Origin: a virus | Taxonomy: Duplodnaviria > Heunggongvirae > Uroviricota > Caudoviricetes | DNA: 64,000 bases | Reading direction: 5' to 3' (one strand) | IMG/VR virus record: IMGVR_UViG_3300021387_000463 | Span: 43,001 to 107,000 of that record | In this document: one piece after another, positions 41,574 to 50,709 of the stretch | How the letters are laid out: the number at the start of each line of letters is the position of its first letter | Numbering within the stretch: position 1 is the stretch's first letter | The notes under the pieces: model-generated | Databases searched by the model: none | Told to the model about the DNA's origin: nothing | What the model saw: only the letters and a program-made list of their open reading frames with translations | Program-made: the position numbers and the translations under genes

Positions 41574-42497
41574 ATGAATACAGAAGAATTTATTAAAAAA
41601 GCTAATAAAGTACACGGAAATAAATATGACTACTCCAAAGTAAACTATATCAATAGTAATACAAAAGTTTGTATCATATGTCCAATTCATGGTGAATTCT
41701 GGCAGCGTCCAAATAACCATCTGAATGGTTGTGGGTGTTCAAAGTGTACAAAATTCAGAAACAAATATACAACTGAAGAATGGATTGAATATGCTAAGTC
41801 CATTCACGGTAATAGGTACGATTATTCTAAGGTTATTTATAAAACATCTAAGGATAATGTTACTATTATTTGTCCTGAACATGGAGAATTTAGCATAAGA
41901 CCAGATAACCATAATCACGGAGAAGGATGTCCAGTTTGTAGATATATTAAATCCTCTAATGGTATTAGAAAAAATATTGATGAGTTTATCTCACAATGTA
42001 AAAAAGTACACGGAAATAAATACGATTATTCAAAGGTAGAATATAAAAACAATAAAACCAAAATTCGTATTGTTTGCCCTAAACATGGTGAGTTCTGGCA
42101 AACTCCAGATAATCATTTAAGAGGAAAAGGATGCCCTAGATGTTCTCAAAGCAAATTAGAAGAGTCTACAAAAGAATTTTTAATCGAAAATGATATTCCA
42201 TTTGAAGAGCAAAAATCTTTTGAATGGCTTAAGTTTAAATCTCCAATGAGACTTGATTTCTATTTACCGCAATACAATGTAGCGATTGAATGTCAAGGAA
42301 TACAGCATTTTAAGCCACTTGAACATTTTGGGGGTAACGAAGCATTTGAGTATAGTATTGAAAAGGATAAGAAAAAAGCTTCTCTATGCGCTGAAAATGG
42401 TATTAAATTGATGTATTTCTCAAATGAAAGATATGGCAATTTCCTTGGGGAAAAGGTATATCATAGTTTGTCTAAACTAATAAAGGGTGTAAAGTAA
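41574..42497 (+). CDS. Free-standing homing endonuclease-like protein (three DUF723-type repeats plus a DUF559-like domain)
   Basis: HGNKYDYSKV...CPxHGEF...CxxC three times; RLDFYLPQYNVAIECQGIQHF; AT-rich; same family as 1..827. Confidence 0.8.
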   Translation: MNTEEFIKKANKVHGNKYDYSKVNYINSNTKVCIICPIHGEFWQRPNNHLNGCGCSKCTKFRNKYTTEEWIEYAKSIHGNRYDYSKVIYKTSKDNVTIICPEHGEFSIRPDNHNHGEGCPVCRYIKSSNGIRKNIDEFISQCKKVHGNKYDYSKVEYKNNKTKIRIVCPKHGEFWQTPDNHLRGKGCPRCSQSKLEESTKEFLIENDIPFEEQKSFEWLKFKSPMRLDFYLPQYNVAIECQGIQHFKPLEHFGGNEAFEYSIEKDKKKASLCAENGIKLMYFSNERYGNFLGEKVYHSLSKLIKGVK

Positions 42498-42529
42498 GTT
42501 GGCTTGGCAAGGTTGTAAAATATTTTTTC

Positions 42530-42570
42530 AAATCTGAGGGACTTTACCCAACAAGTCTCTCAGATTTTAA
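42530..42570 (+). terminator. Intrinsic terminator of the AAATCTGAG/CTCAGATTT family
   Basis: AAATCTGAGGGACT-N10-AGTCTCTCAGATTT. Confidence 0.65.
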
Positions 42571-42582
42571 CGATTTTTGTTT

Positions 42583-42867
42583 ATGGTACAAGAAGATATT
42601 TTAGTCTTAAAAGACATGATGGGATGTGATAAGATTATCTTCCATGATAAAGAAGGTAAGTTAGACCCTATTGTTTGTGGTGATTTACATATTGTTGGCT
42701 TATTTGTCAGTGGTGGCGGTATATTGTGGCTAGTGGATGATACTGAGGTGGGACATGATATACACAGAGATATAAGACCTTGGTATTTTCATGATAAACA
42801 CTATGCTCTAACATTTCCTTATGATATTGAACAAATTTTAATCGAAAAACTTGGAAATAATAAATAA
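42583..42867 (+). CDS. Hypothetical protein
   Basis: ORF between the endonuclease and dnaJ; ATG at 42583 preferred over TTG at 42577. Confidence 0.5.
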   Translation: MVQEDILVLKDMMGCDKIIFHDKEGKLDPIVCGDLHIVGLFVSGGGILWLVDDTEVGHDIHRDIRPWYFHDKHYALTFPYDIEQILIEKLGNNK

Positions 42868-42881
42868 AAACTATATCTTTG
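42850..42881 (+). promoter_or_regulatory. Bacteroidota promoter for the dnaJ operon
   Basis: CTTG-N20-TATCTTTG. Confidence 0.65.
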
Positions 42882-42910
42882 CAAAAAGGTTTATAACTTA
42901 AGTAAGAATA

Positions 42911-43993
42911 ATGGCTGATACAAAGGATTATTATAAGATTCTTGGTGTTGATAAAAGTGCTTCTCAAGACGAGATTAAGAAAGCTTTCCGTAAACTTAGT
43001 GTGAAGTGGCATCCAGACCGTAACAATGGCTCTAAGGAGGCTGAAGCTAAGTTCAAGGAGATTGCCGAAGCTTATGAGGTCTTGGGTGATGAAGCAAAGC
43101 GCAAGGAATATGACAATCCTAAGAGTAAGTATGAGTTCCATAGTGGTGGTACGGATTATGCACACATGAATATGGATGATATATTTAGACATTTCCATAT
43201 GCATGGTAATCCATTCGCTGATTTTGACTTTGATTTCGGTCAGCAGCAAGAGAAACCAATCAAGGGTGGCAACATCAAGATTAATATGAAACTCACTCTT
43301 GAGGAGGTCATGACTGGATGCAACAAAAAGATTAAGATAAAGAGATTTGAGCCATGTACACATTGTAATGGCACTGGTATGACTGCTGAGTCTCGCAGAA
43401 AGACTTGTAAGACTTGCGGTGGTACAGGTATGACATTCGATTCAACTGGCTTTATAATGAAGCAAAAGTGTCCTACTTGTGGCGGTAGTGGATATGTGAT
43501 TGAAAATCCATGCAAGCACTGCAATGGTCATGGTGTGGTTCAGAATTCAAGTTCGCAAATTTCATTTAATATTCCAAGAGGTGTAGAAGATGGTATGACC
43601 ATTGAATATGCTGGACTTGGTAATGCTGCTCCTCATGGAAAGGGAACTAATGGTAGCTTGATAGTAACCATTGAGATTAAGGAACATGACATATTCGAGA
43701 AACAAGGCAGAGACCTTATATTCGACTTGAACATTAGTGTTATAGATGCAATACTTGGTTGTGTGAAAGAAATAAAGACCTTGGATGGTAAAACAATAAA
43801 GGTTAGAATTCCACAAGGTACAAGTAGCGGACACGAACTGAGGTTTAAGGGTTATGGATTGCCTAGATATGGCAACACAATAGGTTTACCAGGAAATATG
43901 ATAGGTATTGTAAGCGTTACAGTGCCAAAAACGCTTAATAACAATGAAAAGAGACTCATTGAAGAGTTGAGAAAACAAGAACATTTCAAATAA
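42911..43993 (+). CDS. dnaJ: Hsp40 co-chaperone DnaJ (class A)
   Basis: J-domain with HPD; four CxxCxGxG zinc-finger repeats; C-terminal domain. Confidence 0.96.
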   Translation: MADTKDYYKILGVDKSASQDEIKKAFRKLSVKWHPDRNNGSKEAEAKFKEIAEAYEVLGDEAKRKEYDNPKSKYEFHSGGTDYAHMNMDDIFRHFHMHGNPFADFDFDFGQQQEKPIKGGNIKINMKLTLEEVMTGCNKKIKIKRFEPCTHCNGTGMTAESRRKTCKTCGGTGMTFDSTGFIMKQKCPTCGGSGYVIENPCKHCNGHGVVQNSSSQISFNIPRGVEDGMTIEYAGLGNAAPHGKGTNGSLIVTIEIKEHDIFEKQGRDLIFDLNISVIDAILGCVKEIKTLDGKTIKVRIPQGTSSGHELRFKGYGLPRYGNTIGLPGNMIGIVSVTVPKTLNNNEKRLIEELRKQEHFK

Positions 43994-44008
43994 ACTTATT
44001 ATATTTTT

Positions 44009-45073
44009 ATGGCAAAACAAGAGAAAGAAAAACTTAAGGAAAGGAACTACACACGTTACGAGAAAAATGGTAACATGTATGAGCCTATAGGTGTTACAGA
44101 GGAAAGTCTACCAAGTGGTTTCTATAAACCAGTTTGGGATAGATACAATGGCAGATATTTCTTCAGTAGTAAGGAAATTGTGATGCCTAAGTTGTATGTG
44201 CTGCCTAACGAGATTCAGTTGAATATCCTAGATGACATACAGAGATTTTGGAAGTCAGAGGAACGATACAGACAATTTGGACAAGTGTATAAGAGAAACA
44301 TATTGCTGTATTCACTTCCAGGAAATGGTAAGACCTCTCTTATCAACATCATCTGTAAAACTCTTATCGAGGATTATAACGGAATAGTTATCTGCATTGA
44401 CAATACAGACGAACTAAACAGCTATAGTGCTTGCATGGAGAGACTTAGGAGTATTGAGCCTAATCGTAGGGTGATTACTCTCATTGAGGACTTTGAGCGA
44501 TTGGCAAGGGATGATTATTATTCAGCCATGTTGCTACAGCTATTGGATGGTAACGGACAATTCGATAATGTCGTGACGATTGCAACGACAAACTATCCAG
44601 AGATTCTTGAGAAGAGGTTTACATGTAGACCAAGTAGATTTAATCTCGTTATAGAGTATAAGAAACCTAATGCTGATGCTAGAAGAGCATATATCGAGAA
44701 TAAGCTTTCTGATAGTGGAATCGACATAACTGACGAAGGTGTTAAGAAAGATATTGAGAGATATGTAAGAAAGACTGAGGGATATACCTTCGATTTCTTG
44801 AAAGAGGTTATTCAAGGTATCTATGTTGACGGATTTACTGAGGTTCAGTTATTCGAGAGACTTGAGGACTTAATCAAGAAAGATGGTAAGGTGAAAGTCA
44901 CTGAGGATGGCGCAAAGAAGATTGGTTTCAATAGTGGTGGAACAGTAGAATCTAACGATTGTGAAGAGGAAGATTCACCATCACTTCTAGGAACGATAAC
45001 CGAAGAATCACCTCGTGTGGTGAGACAAGTTCCTGCTAGAAATAAAGTAAAGGTTAGTGGATTTGGAGAATGA
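44009..45073 (+). CDS. AAA+ ATPase (single module, BCS1/FtsH-clade-like)
   Basis: Walker A variant YSLPGNGKT; Walker B LIED; LLQLLDG; IATTNYPE; second region of homology RPSRF. Confidence 0.85.
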   Translation: MAKQEKEKLKERNYTRYEKNGNMYEPIGVTEESLPSGFYKPVWDRYNGRYFFSSKEIVMPKLYVLPNEIQLNILDDIQRFWKSEERYRQFGQVYKRNILLYSLPGNGKTSLINIICKTLIEDYNGIVICIDNTDELNSYSACMERLRSIEPNRRVITLIEDFERLARDDYYSAMLLQLLDGNGQFDNVVTIATTNYPEILEKRFTCRPSRFNLVIEYKKPNADARRAYIENKLSDSGIDITDEGVKKDIERYVRKTEGYTFDFLKEVIQGIYVDGFTEVQLFERLEDLIKKDGKVKVTEDGAKKIGFNSGGTVESNDCEEEDSPSLLGTITEESPRVVRQVPARNKVKVSGFGE

Positions 45074-45675
45074 TTAACATAATTAAAGATGTTGATTTAT
45101 TTGAGCATGTAGACGAATATGAAGCTGTATTAATTGGGACTGGTACTTATTGTACTATGTCCCAAGGAATACAGCTTAAAGTCATGTTGAACTATCCTTA
45201 TGTTTATGATAAAAACTTAGAAACGAAATATGGCAGTATTGATAAACTTGGAACAATTCTTGAGTGTGAACATGAGAAAGACCCAAAATTCTGCCTTTGT
45301 TTCATTTACGAAGGAAACTTTAGACCAGACATTAGAAAAGATTATTTATCCTATGAAAGCCTTGAAAAATGTCTATCATTAGTTAATATTTTATATAAGG
45401 GTAGGAACATTGCCACAACATTGCTTGGTGCAAGTCGTTTCGATGGAAACGGAGATAGAGGCAAGATAATTGAGATATTCGAGAGGACATTAACAGACGT
45501 GAGTGTTACAATTTATGACTATTTCCAGAAGTCTAGAGCTGAAGAAATGAAAGAGGTGAGGGATAATGAACTTGCTGTAAAAAAAGTCGATAGGGAGGCT
45601 TATTATCAAATGGTAGCAGAACGAAAAAGGAAAGCAGATGAACGATTTAGAAAGAATGGGCACAGAAGGTACTAA
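45070..45675 (+). CDS. Divergent macrodomain (Poa1p/DarG/TARG1-like) protein
   Basis: VDLFE...CTMSQGIQ...NYP...KLGTI...YESLEKCL...IATTLLGASRFDGNGD...VTIY follows the macrodomain layout. Confidence 0.6.
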   Translation: MINIIKDVDLFEHVDEYEAVLIGTGTYCTMSQGIQLKVMLNYPYVYDKNLETKYGSIDKLGTILECEHEKDPKFCLCFIYEGNFRPDIRKDYLSYESLEKCLSLVNILYKGRNIATTLLGASRFDGNGDRGKIIEIFERTLTDVSVTIYDYFQKSRAEEMKEVRDNELAVKKVDREAYYQMVAERKRKADERFRKNGHRRY

Positions 45676-46096
45676 ACTATTTTGGAAGTTATTTACAACT
45701 AGCATCCATTGTAGGGGTGTATCTGACAAAAAGATTCAAAACCACATTATGAATTTCAAACTCTTTATGTATTGGGCTAGGAAGCGCAATAGGAAATTAC
45801 AGATAAAGAGAATGTTCTTCCAACCGCCTATGACCCCATACAAATTTATAGAGGAAATGCTAAATATTGGTAAAGGATGGGCTAGGTATGGAAGAGAAGT
45901 ATGCTATGAGCCTAATGAAGTTGATTTTGCTTGGAAGGAGATATTTCGTACAAAACTCTGTTATACTTGTGGGTTACTTAACCCAAATGACAAAAATGAT
46001 AAATTCAATAGTCCATCTGATGTGACAAAAAGACTATTGGGCATTGAATACGATTGGAAATTATTTTTTGAAAAAGCAAAAATTGATTTAATATGA
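45638..46096 (+). CDS. Hypothetical protein
   Basis: 152 aa ORF in the operon. Confidence 0.5.
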   Translation: MNDLERMGTEGTKLFWKLFTTSIHCRGVSDKKIQNHIMNFKLFMYWARKRNRKLQIKRMFFQPPMTPYKFIEEMLNIGKGWARYGREVCYEPNEVDFAWKEIFRTKLCYTCGLLNPNDKNDKFNSPSDVTKRLLGIEYDWKLFFEKAKIDLI

Positions 46097-46464
46097 TATT
46101 ACACTTGAACTTAACAGAAGACCACTTGAAGTTGGTCAGATTCTTGAACATCGAGGACAAAGACGATGACGTGCTTACCATTAATAAGAAGGTAATGCTA
46201 ACAATGCAGACTCATATCTTGGATGATGTTGCTATGATTCTAGGATTGAGGGATAAGGCAATTAAGAATACAAGTGAGGATGCAGATGGAAGTGCATATC
46301 CAGATGATGTTGAGAAATATATGCTTGACACCTATCATTATGTATCTGATAATCTTTACTTGATTGAATCTCTTTTGCATCAGAGGTTGATGGAGGGTGT
46401 ACAACCTGGACATTACAAGGCGAAGGACAATAACATGATTTGGGAGAAAGTTGAAGATGAATAA
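46093..46464 (+). CDS. Hypothetical protein
   Basis: ATGA overlap; 123 aa. Confidence 0.6.
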   Translation: MILHLNLTEDHLKLVRFLNIEDKDDDVLTINKKVMLTMQTHILDDVAMILGLRDKAIKNTSEDADGSAYPDDVEKYMLDTYHYVSDNLYLIESLLHQRLMEGVQPGHYKAKDNNMIWEKVEDE

Positions 46465-46813
46465 ACTTTTAAGAAAATTTAAGAGTAAAAGTTTTGCTAA
46501 ATCGAAAAAATTTCGTAACTTTACATCGGATTATGAGCCAACTGTTCTTGCGAATGGTTGTAAACCGATTCCGACTTTAACTGGCGATGCTGCTGTTCGT
46601 TTTCTTGAGAAAGCTAGAGAGGTAGAAAAAGAATATGAAAGACGAATGAAAGAACCGCCATCATTAGAGAAATTAAAACAAGAATATTCCTATGGTAAGA
46701 TGATTCTAGAAATGGAGAAGAATTCTCTTGAACTTAGGGAAAAGAAATTAAATGAGTTACAAAATAAAATAAAAGAATTAGAGGAAAAGAATGGCAAAAC
46801 AGAAGAAGAATGA
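46457..46813 (+). CDS. Hypothetical coiled-coil protein with a KPIPTLTG motif; start uncertain
   Basis: Open frame; a promoter-like TTTG-N19-TAACTTTA (46493-46523) lies within its 5' part. Confidence 0.5.
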   Translation: MNKLLRKFKSKSFAKSKKFRNFTSDYEPTVLANGCKPIPTLTGDAAVRFLEKAREVEKEYERRMKEPPSLEKLKQEYSYGKMILEMEKNSLELREKKLNELQNKIKELEEKNGKTEEE

Positions 46814-47336
46814 TTTTTCTTCAAAGTTCCGTGTGAACGATGAGATACGATTCAACGGCAACGTTAGAATCGTTGGTAACGACATTGAGAGCAGAATTGT
46901 ATCAATGTTAGAAGCAAAAAAGATTGCGAGAGAAATGGATTTGGATTTGGTTGAGATTCAAGGCAATCTTGAGACTCCAATCATGCGAATTTGTAACTAT
47001 GAGAAGATGTTATATGAACTTAAGAAATCTGCAAAGAAGAATAAGCAAGCGACAAAGCCCCTCAAGGAAATTCAGCTTAGTGTTAACATTGCAAAGCATG
47101 ACCTCGAAACTAAGGCTAATAACGCTCGTAAGTTTATTGAGGATGGTAGTCGTGTTAGGGTAACACTTTCCATGAAGGGACGTGAGCTGTCTAGGCGAGA
47201 AGAGAACAAGAAGTCCATTCTTGAGTTCGTTGTTCTCTTGGAGGATGTAGCTGTTCCAGAGGCAGCACCACGTGACGAAGGAAATAAGACTGTAGTAACG
47301 TTGAAGAGAAAGAACAACAAAAACAATAAAGAATAG
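46791..47336 (+). CDS. infC: Translation initiation factor IF3
   Basis: RVNDEIR...VRIVG...LDLVEI...RICNYEKMLY; KEIQLSVNIAKHDLETK...VRVTLSMKGRE. Confidence 0.93.
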   Translation: MAKQKKNDFSSKFRVNDEIRFNGNVRIVGNDIESRIVSMLEAKKIAREMDLDLVEIQGNLETPIMRICNYEKMLYELKKSAKKNKQATKPLKEIQLSVNIAKHDLETKANNARKFIEDGSRVRVTLSMKGRELSRREENKKSILEFVVLLEDVAVPEAAPRDEGNKTVVTLKRKNNKNNKE

Positions 47337-47341
47337 TAATA

Positions 47342-48247
47342 ATGGGTTTGGTAATTAATCTAAAAGCAGATACTGGTCTCGTAGACCGTAGTGAGAACAC
47401 CACTAGGTTTCTTAAGGATGTAAAGGACTATCCAACTCTTACAAAGGATGAAGAGACTGAGTGGTTTAATAAACTAAAGTATGGTAATGACGAGGAAAAA
47501 GCATTTGCAAAGGAATACCTTATGCTTTGTAACCAGAGACTAGTGGTTGCAGCAGCTAAGAAATGGGCTAAGACTGACACCCTAATGGATTATGTCAATG
47601 AGGCCAATTTCGGTTTGATGGAGGCTATTGAGAAATTTGATACGAGTTTCGATGTAAAGTTCGCAAGCTATGCAATGTGGTTTATCAAACGTGCAATCAA
47701 CAAGTATATCTGTGGCGATTTGCAAGTTGTTAAACGTCCTAATTACTCAAAGACATTCCATGTCATATCAAAGGCAACCAACGATTTCTTGCAAAAGAAT
47801 GAAAGAACTCCAAGTCCTGATGAATTATTTGAGATTGTCACCATCGATTATGGCAAGGACATCAAAGACAAAAACGACATCTTAGATTTGAAGGTCAGCT
47901 ATGTTGATGAATCGTCAAACGATGAGGATGAAAGTCCCAACTATGGTGATATGGCAGCTTATAACAGAGCAAGTGCTTCATATAACGACTATGAAGAGGA
48001 AGAGACAAACGATTTCAATAAGGAATTGGTATCTTCATTGCTTAGTAAACTTTCACCACGTAAACAGCAGATTATAAAGATGCGTTTTGGTATGTATGAG
48101 GATGATAATGGACTTAAACGTGAGTATGAGCGTGAGGAAATTGGTCAAATCCTTGGATTGACATCAGAACGTGTGAGACAGCTTGAACTTTCAGCAATGG
48201 AAGACCTAAAGAGTGAATATCTCAAAACAATGGGACAACTTATCTAA
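47342..48247 (+). CDS. Sigma-70 family RNA polymerase sigma factor lacking region 1.1
   Basis: Region 1.2 RFLKDVKDYPTLT; 2.1 NQRLVV; 2.3 KFDTSFDVKFASYAMWFIK; 4.2 EEIGQILGLTSERVRQLE. Confidence 0.92.
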   Translation: MGLVINLKADTGLVDRSENTTRFLKDVKDYPTLTKDEETEWFNKLKYGNDEEKAFAKEYLMLCNQRLVVAAAKKWAKTDTLMDYVNEANFGLMEAIEKFDTSFDVKFASYAMWFIKRAINKYICGDLQVVKRPNYSKTFHVISKATNDFLQKNERTPSPDELFEIVTIDYGKDIKDKNDILDLKVSYVDESSNDEDESPNYGDMAAYNRASASYNDYEEEETNDFNKELVSSLLSKLSPRKQQIIKMRFGMYEDDNGLKREYEREEIGQILGLTSERVRQLELSAMEDLKSEYLKTMGQLI

Positions 48248-48249
48248 AT

Positions 48250-48290
48250 AAAGAATGGGTGCTACGAAAGTAACACCCATTTATCTTTTA
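48250..48290. terminator. Bidirectional terminator
   Basis: ATGGGTGCTAC-GAAA-GTAACACCCAT between convergent genes. Confidence 0.75.
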
Positions 48291-48773
48291 TTTAACTGCA
48301 ATCTGTCCAAGAGAAATCATCTTCTCAACCTTTGATGCAATGTTCTTTGTCATTGGTCTTTCACCATTGATAATCTTTCTGAATTGTGATTGAGCACCTT
48401 CATCAGTGTGGTCTGGGAATAATTCTCTAGCTACTGCTGCTATATTGGTTTTCTCAGTATCAATTGTTTGACGAATTGAGTTTGCGTCTCCCTTTGAGAT
48501 TTTCCTATTCTTTCTCTCATAATCATCATAGTTGTAGTATTCCTTACCACCTCCAGCTTTTCTACGTAGCTTTTTCTTTGGGCCTTTATCTTCTTTATCA
48601 TCCTTATGATGCTTGGTATGGCCAAAGTATTTCTGAACAAGGGCTTGAACATTGTCTTTAACACTGTCATGGTCATGGTGTTTATGATTATCAACAAACT
48701 CACCCATGAAGTCCTCATTGATTACCTTGTTAATTGCTTCCGTTATAATTGCATTTACTCTCTTGTTATCCAT
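48288..48773 (-). CDS. Protein with a C-terminal XRE/Cro-like HTH and N-terminal I-x-E motifs
   Basis: NIAAVARELF...AQSQFRKIINGERPMT; N-terminal IITEAINKVINE; His/Lys-rich linker. Confidence 0.6.
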   Translation of the reverse strand: MDNKRVNAIITEAINKVINEDFMGEFVDNHKHHDHDSVKDNVQALVQKYFGHTKHHKDDKEDKGPKKKLRRKAGGGKEYYNYDDYERKNRKISKGDANSIRQTIDTEKTNIAAVARELFPDHTDEGAQSQFRKIINGERPMTKNIASKVEKMISLGQIAVK

Positions 48774-48830
48774 AATATCTGTTAATTATATACTATAAAT
48801 ACATTTTTATTGAAAAAAAGTCTTAAAATA

Positions 48831-48862
48831 TTTGGTTATTCCAATTATTTTTCATATCTTTG
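48831..48862 (+). promoter_or_regulatory. Bacteroidota promoter for the DUF2828 gene
   Basis: TTTG-N20-TATCTTTG. Confidence 0.75.
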
Positions 48863-48899
48863 CATAGATAATAAAATCTAATACATAGGAGAAAAAAAG

Positions 48900-50573
48900 A
48901 TGAATACAAAAACAGCAACAAAGACAAACGCATTCGTTAATGCAGTTAACTTTAAGTCAACCACTTTCACTGAGAATGGCGCAGTTACTAACGTGACTAC
49001 TGGTTCAGCTCTTGTTGACCAATTCGGTAAAGCTGGTAACTTTAGAGGCCGTACACTTGCTGAAGTGTTTGCTGACCAAGCAACCATTTGGGCTGAGAAT
49101 GCCGAGGCTGCTTTGCGTTTCCCATTCTACCTTCGTATGGTAACACGTAAGGTTAAGGTTAACGCTGATAATGAGACCGATAAGGTACAGAACGGTCAAG
49201 GTGCTCGTGACGAGTCATTCAAGCGTTTGCTTTGGATTGCTCAAGAGCAGAAGGATGCGTTCTATAAGAATATCTGGGCATTGCCTCTTGTTGGTTCTTG
49301 GAAGGACTTGTGGACTTTGATGTTCTACGACATCAAGGAGAACGTTAAGTGCTTGAACCAAAAGGCATTGTTTGAGGTTATCGCACAAGGTTTGCTTTGT
49401 GATACTCATGTTGACTTGATTAAGAAGTACATGCCTCGTATCAAGTCACAGAGCAAGTGCAAGACCGAGTGGACTACCATCACTAACGATTTGGCAAAGG
49501 CATTTGCTAATCAGATGGGTATTACCTACAAGGAGTACAACAAGATGAAGTCAAGTGGTAGGGCACATGATTTCCAAAAGTTGATTTGCTCTCGTAACTA
49601 CAAGGAGTTGAATTGGAATCATATTCCAGGTCGTGCTCTTAACCTTCTTGTGACAAGTAAGTTCCTTTCAAACCACAATTTGAAGGATAACTATACACAG
49701 TGGATTATGGCACAGCCAGTGGCTAAGTTCACAGGTTACGTCTTTGAACTTGCTAAGAAACTTCGTGACGCACGTGGCTCACGTGGTTACAGTAGGGGTT
49801 CAATGACAATTGCACCAGAGATTAAGCACACTCTTGATGCACAGTTTAAGGGTCTTGTTGATAAGGCACGTGATGGTGGTAGAATCACCGAGAACGTATG
49901 GTGCTGCCTTGATACTAGTGGCTCAATGAATCAGCCAGTAACTGGCCTTAAGGACATTTACTGCTCAGACGTTGCAAGCTCTCTTGCATTGTTCTTCGCT
50001 GACCTTAACACTGGTCCATTCCATAACAAGGTCATCATGTTCGATGATGTGTCTACACCTTACGACATGAAGGGTGACTCATTCTGTGATAGAATCATCA
50101 ATCTTCCAAGTGTAGGTTGTGGTGGTACTAACTTCCAATCTGCCGTTGATGAGATTATCAAGATTAGGAGAGCACATCCTGAGATTCCACTTGAGCAGTA
50201 TCCTACAACTATCTTGGTTGTAAGTGATATGGAGTTCAACCCAGCTGGTGGATGGCGTTCAAGGCGTACTGAGCCTACCAACTACGAGTACTCAGTAAGG
50301 TCATTGAAGACTGTATTCCCAGATGAGTTCGTGGACAACATGAAGTTCATTTGGTGGGACTGCGCCTCAAGGCATGGTGTAACTCACTTTGAGGCTTCTG
50401 CTTTCGAGAGTGGTGTAACCTTCCTTAGTGGTTTCGATGGTTCAATCATGTCAACTCTTATGGGTATGGACAAGATACTCGATGAGAAGACTGGAACCTA
50501 CCGCAACCCAACTGCCGAGGAGCTTGTTGCGACAGCTTTGTCACAAGAGATTTTGAACTACATTAATATTTAA
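48900..50573 (+). CDS. DUF2828 / TROVE (Ro60)-like protein with a C-terminal vWA domain
   Basis: FTENGAVT...LVDQF; GSWKDL; KYMPR; MIDAS LDTSGSM; GGTNFQ; VVSDMEF; FLSGFD. Confidence 0.85.
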   Translation: MNTKTATKTNAFVNAVNFKSTTFTENGAVTNVTTGSALVDQFGKAGNFRGRTLAEVFADQATIWAENAEAALRFPFYLRMVTRKVKVNADNETDKVQNGQGARDESFKRLLWIAQEQKDAFYKNIWALPLVGSWKDLWTLMFYDIKENVKCLNQKALFEVIAQGLLCDTHVDLIKKYMPRIKSQSKCKTEWTTITNDLAKAFANQMGITYKEYNKMKSSGRAHDFQKLICSRNYKELNWNHIPGRALNLLVTSKFLSNHNLKDNYTQWIMAQPVAKFTGYVFELAKKLRDARGSRGYSRGSMTIAPEIKHTLDAQFKGLVDKARDGGRITENVWCCLDTSGSMNQPVTGLKDIYCSDVASSLALFFADLNTGPFHNKVIMFDDVSTPYDMKGDSFCDRIINLPSVGCGGTNFQSAVDEIIKIRRAHPEIPLEQYPTTILVVSDMEFNPAGGWRSRRTEPTNYEYSVRSLKTVFPDEFVDNMKFIWWDCASRHGVTHFEASAFESGVTFLSGFDGSIMSTLMGMDKILDEKTGTYRNPTAEELVATALSQEILNYINI

Positions 50574-50593
50574 TGAGTTCCAACAGTATATAG

Positions 50594-50679
50594 AGTGACC
50601 ATTGACATTTGTTGATGGTCACTTTTTTCTTAAATATAGTTAAATGATTTTGAATATAGAAAAAATTTATGTATCTTTG
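50594..50679 (+). promoter_or_regulatory. Terminator followed by a promoter upstream of tyrS
   Basis: AGTGACCATT...GATGGTCACT plus a T-run; TTTG (50649)-N19-TATCTTTG (50672). Confidence 0.75.
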
Positions 50680-50709
50680 CAGAAGTAAAGTGTAATTTAG
50701 TAGAAAAGT

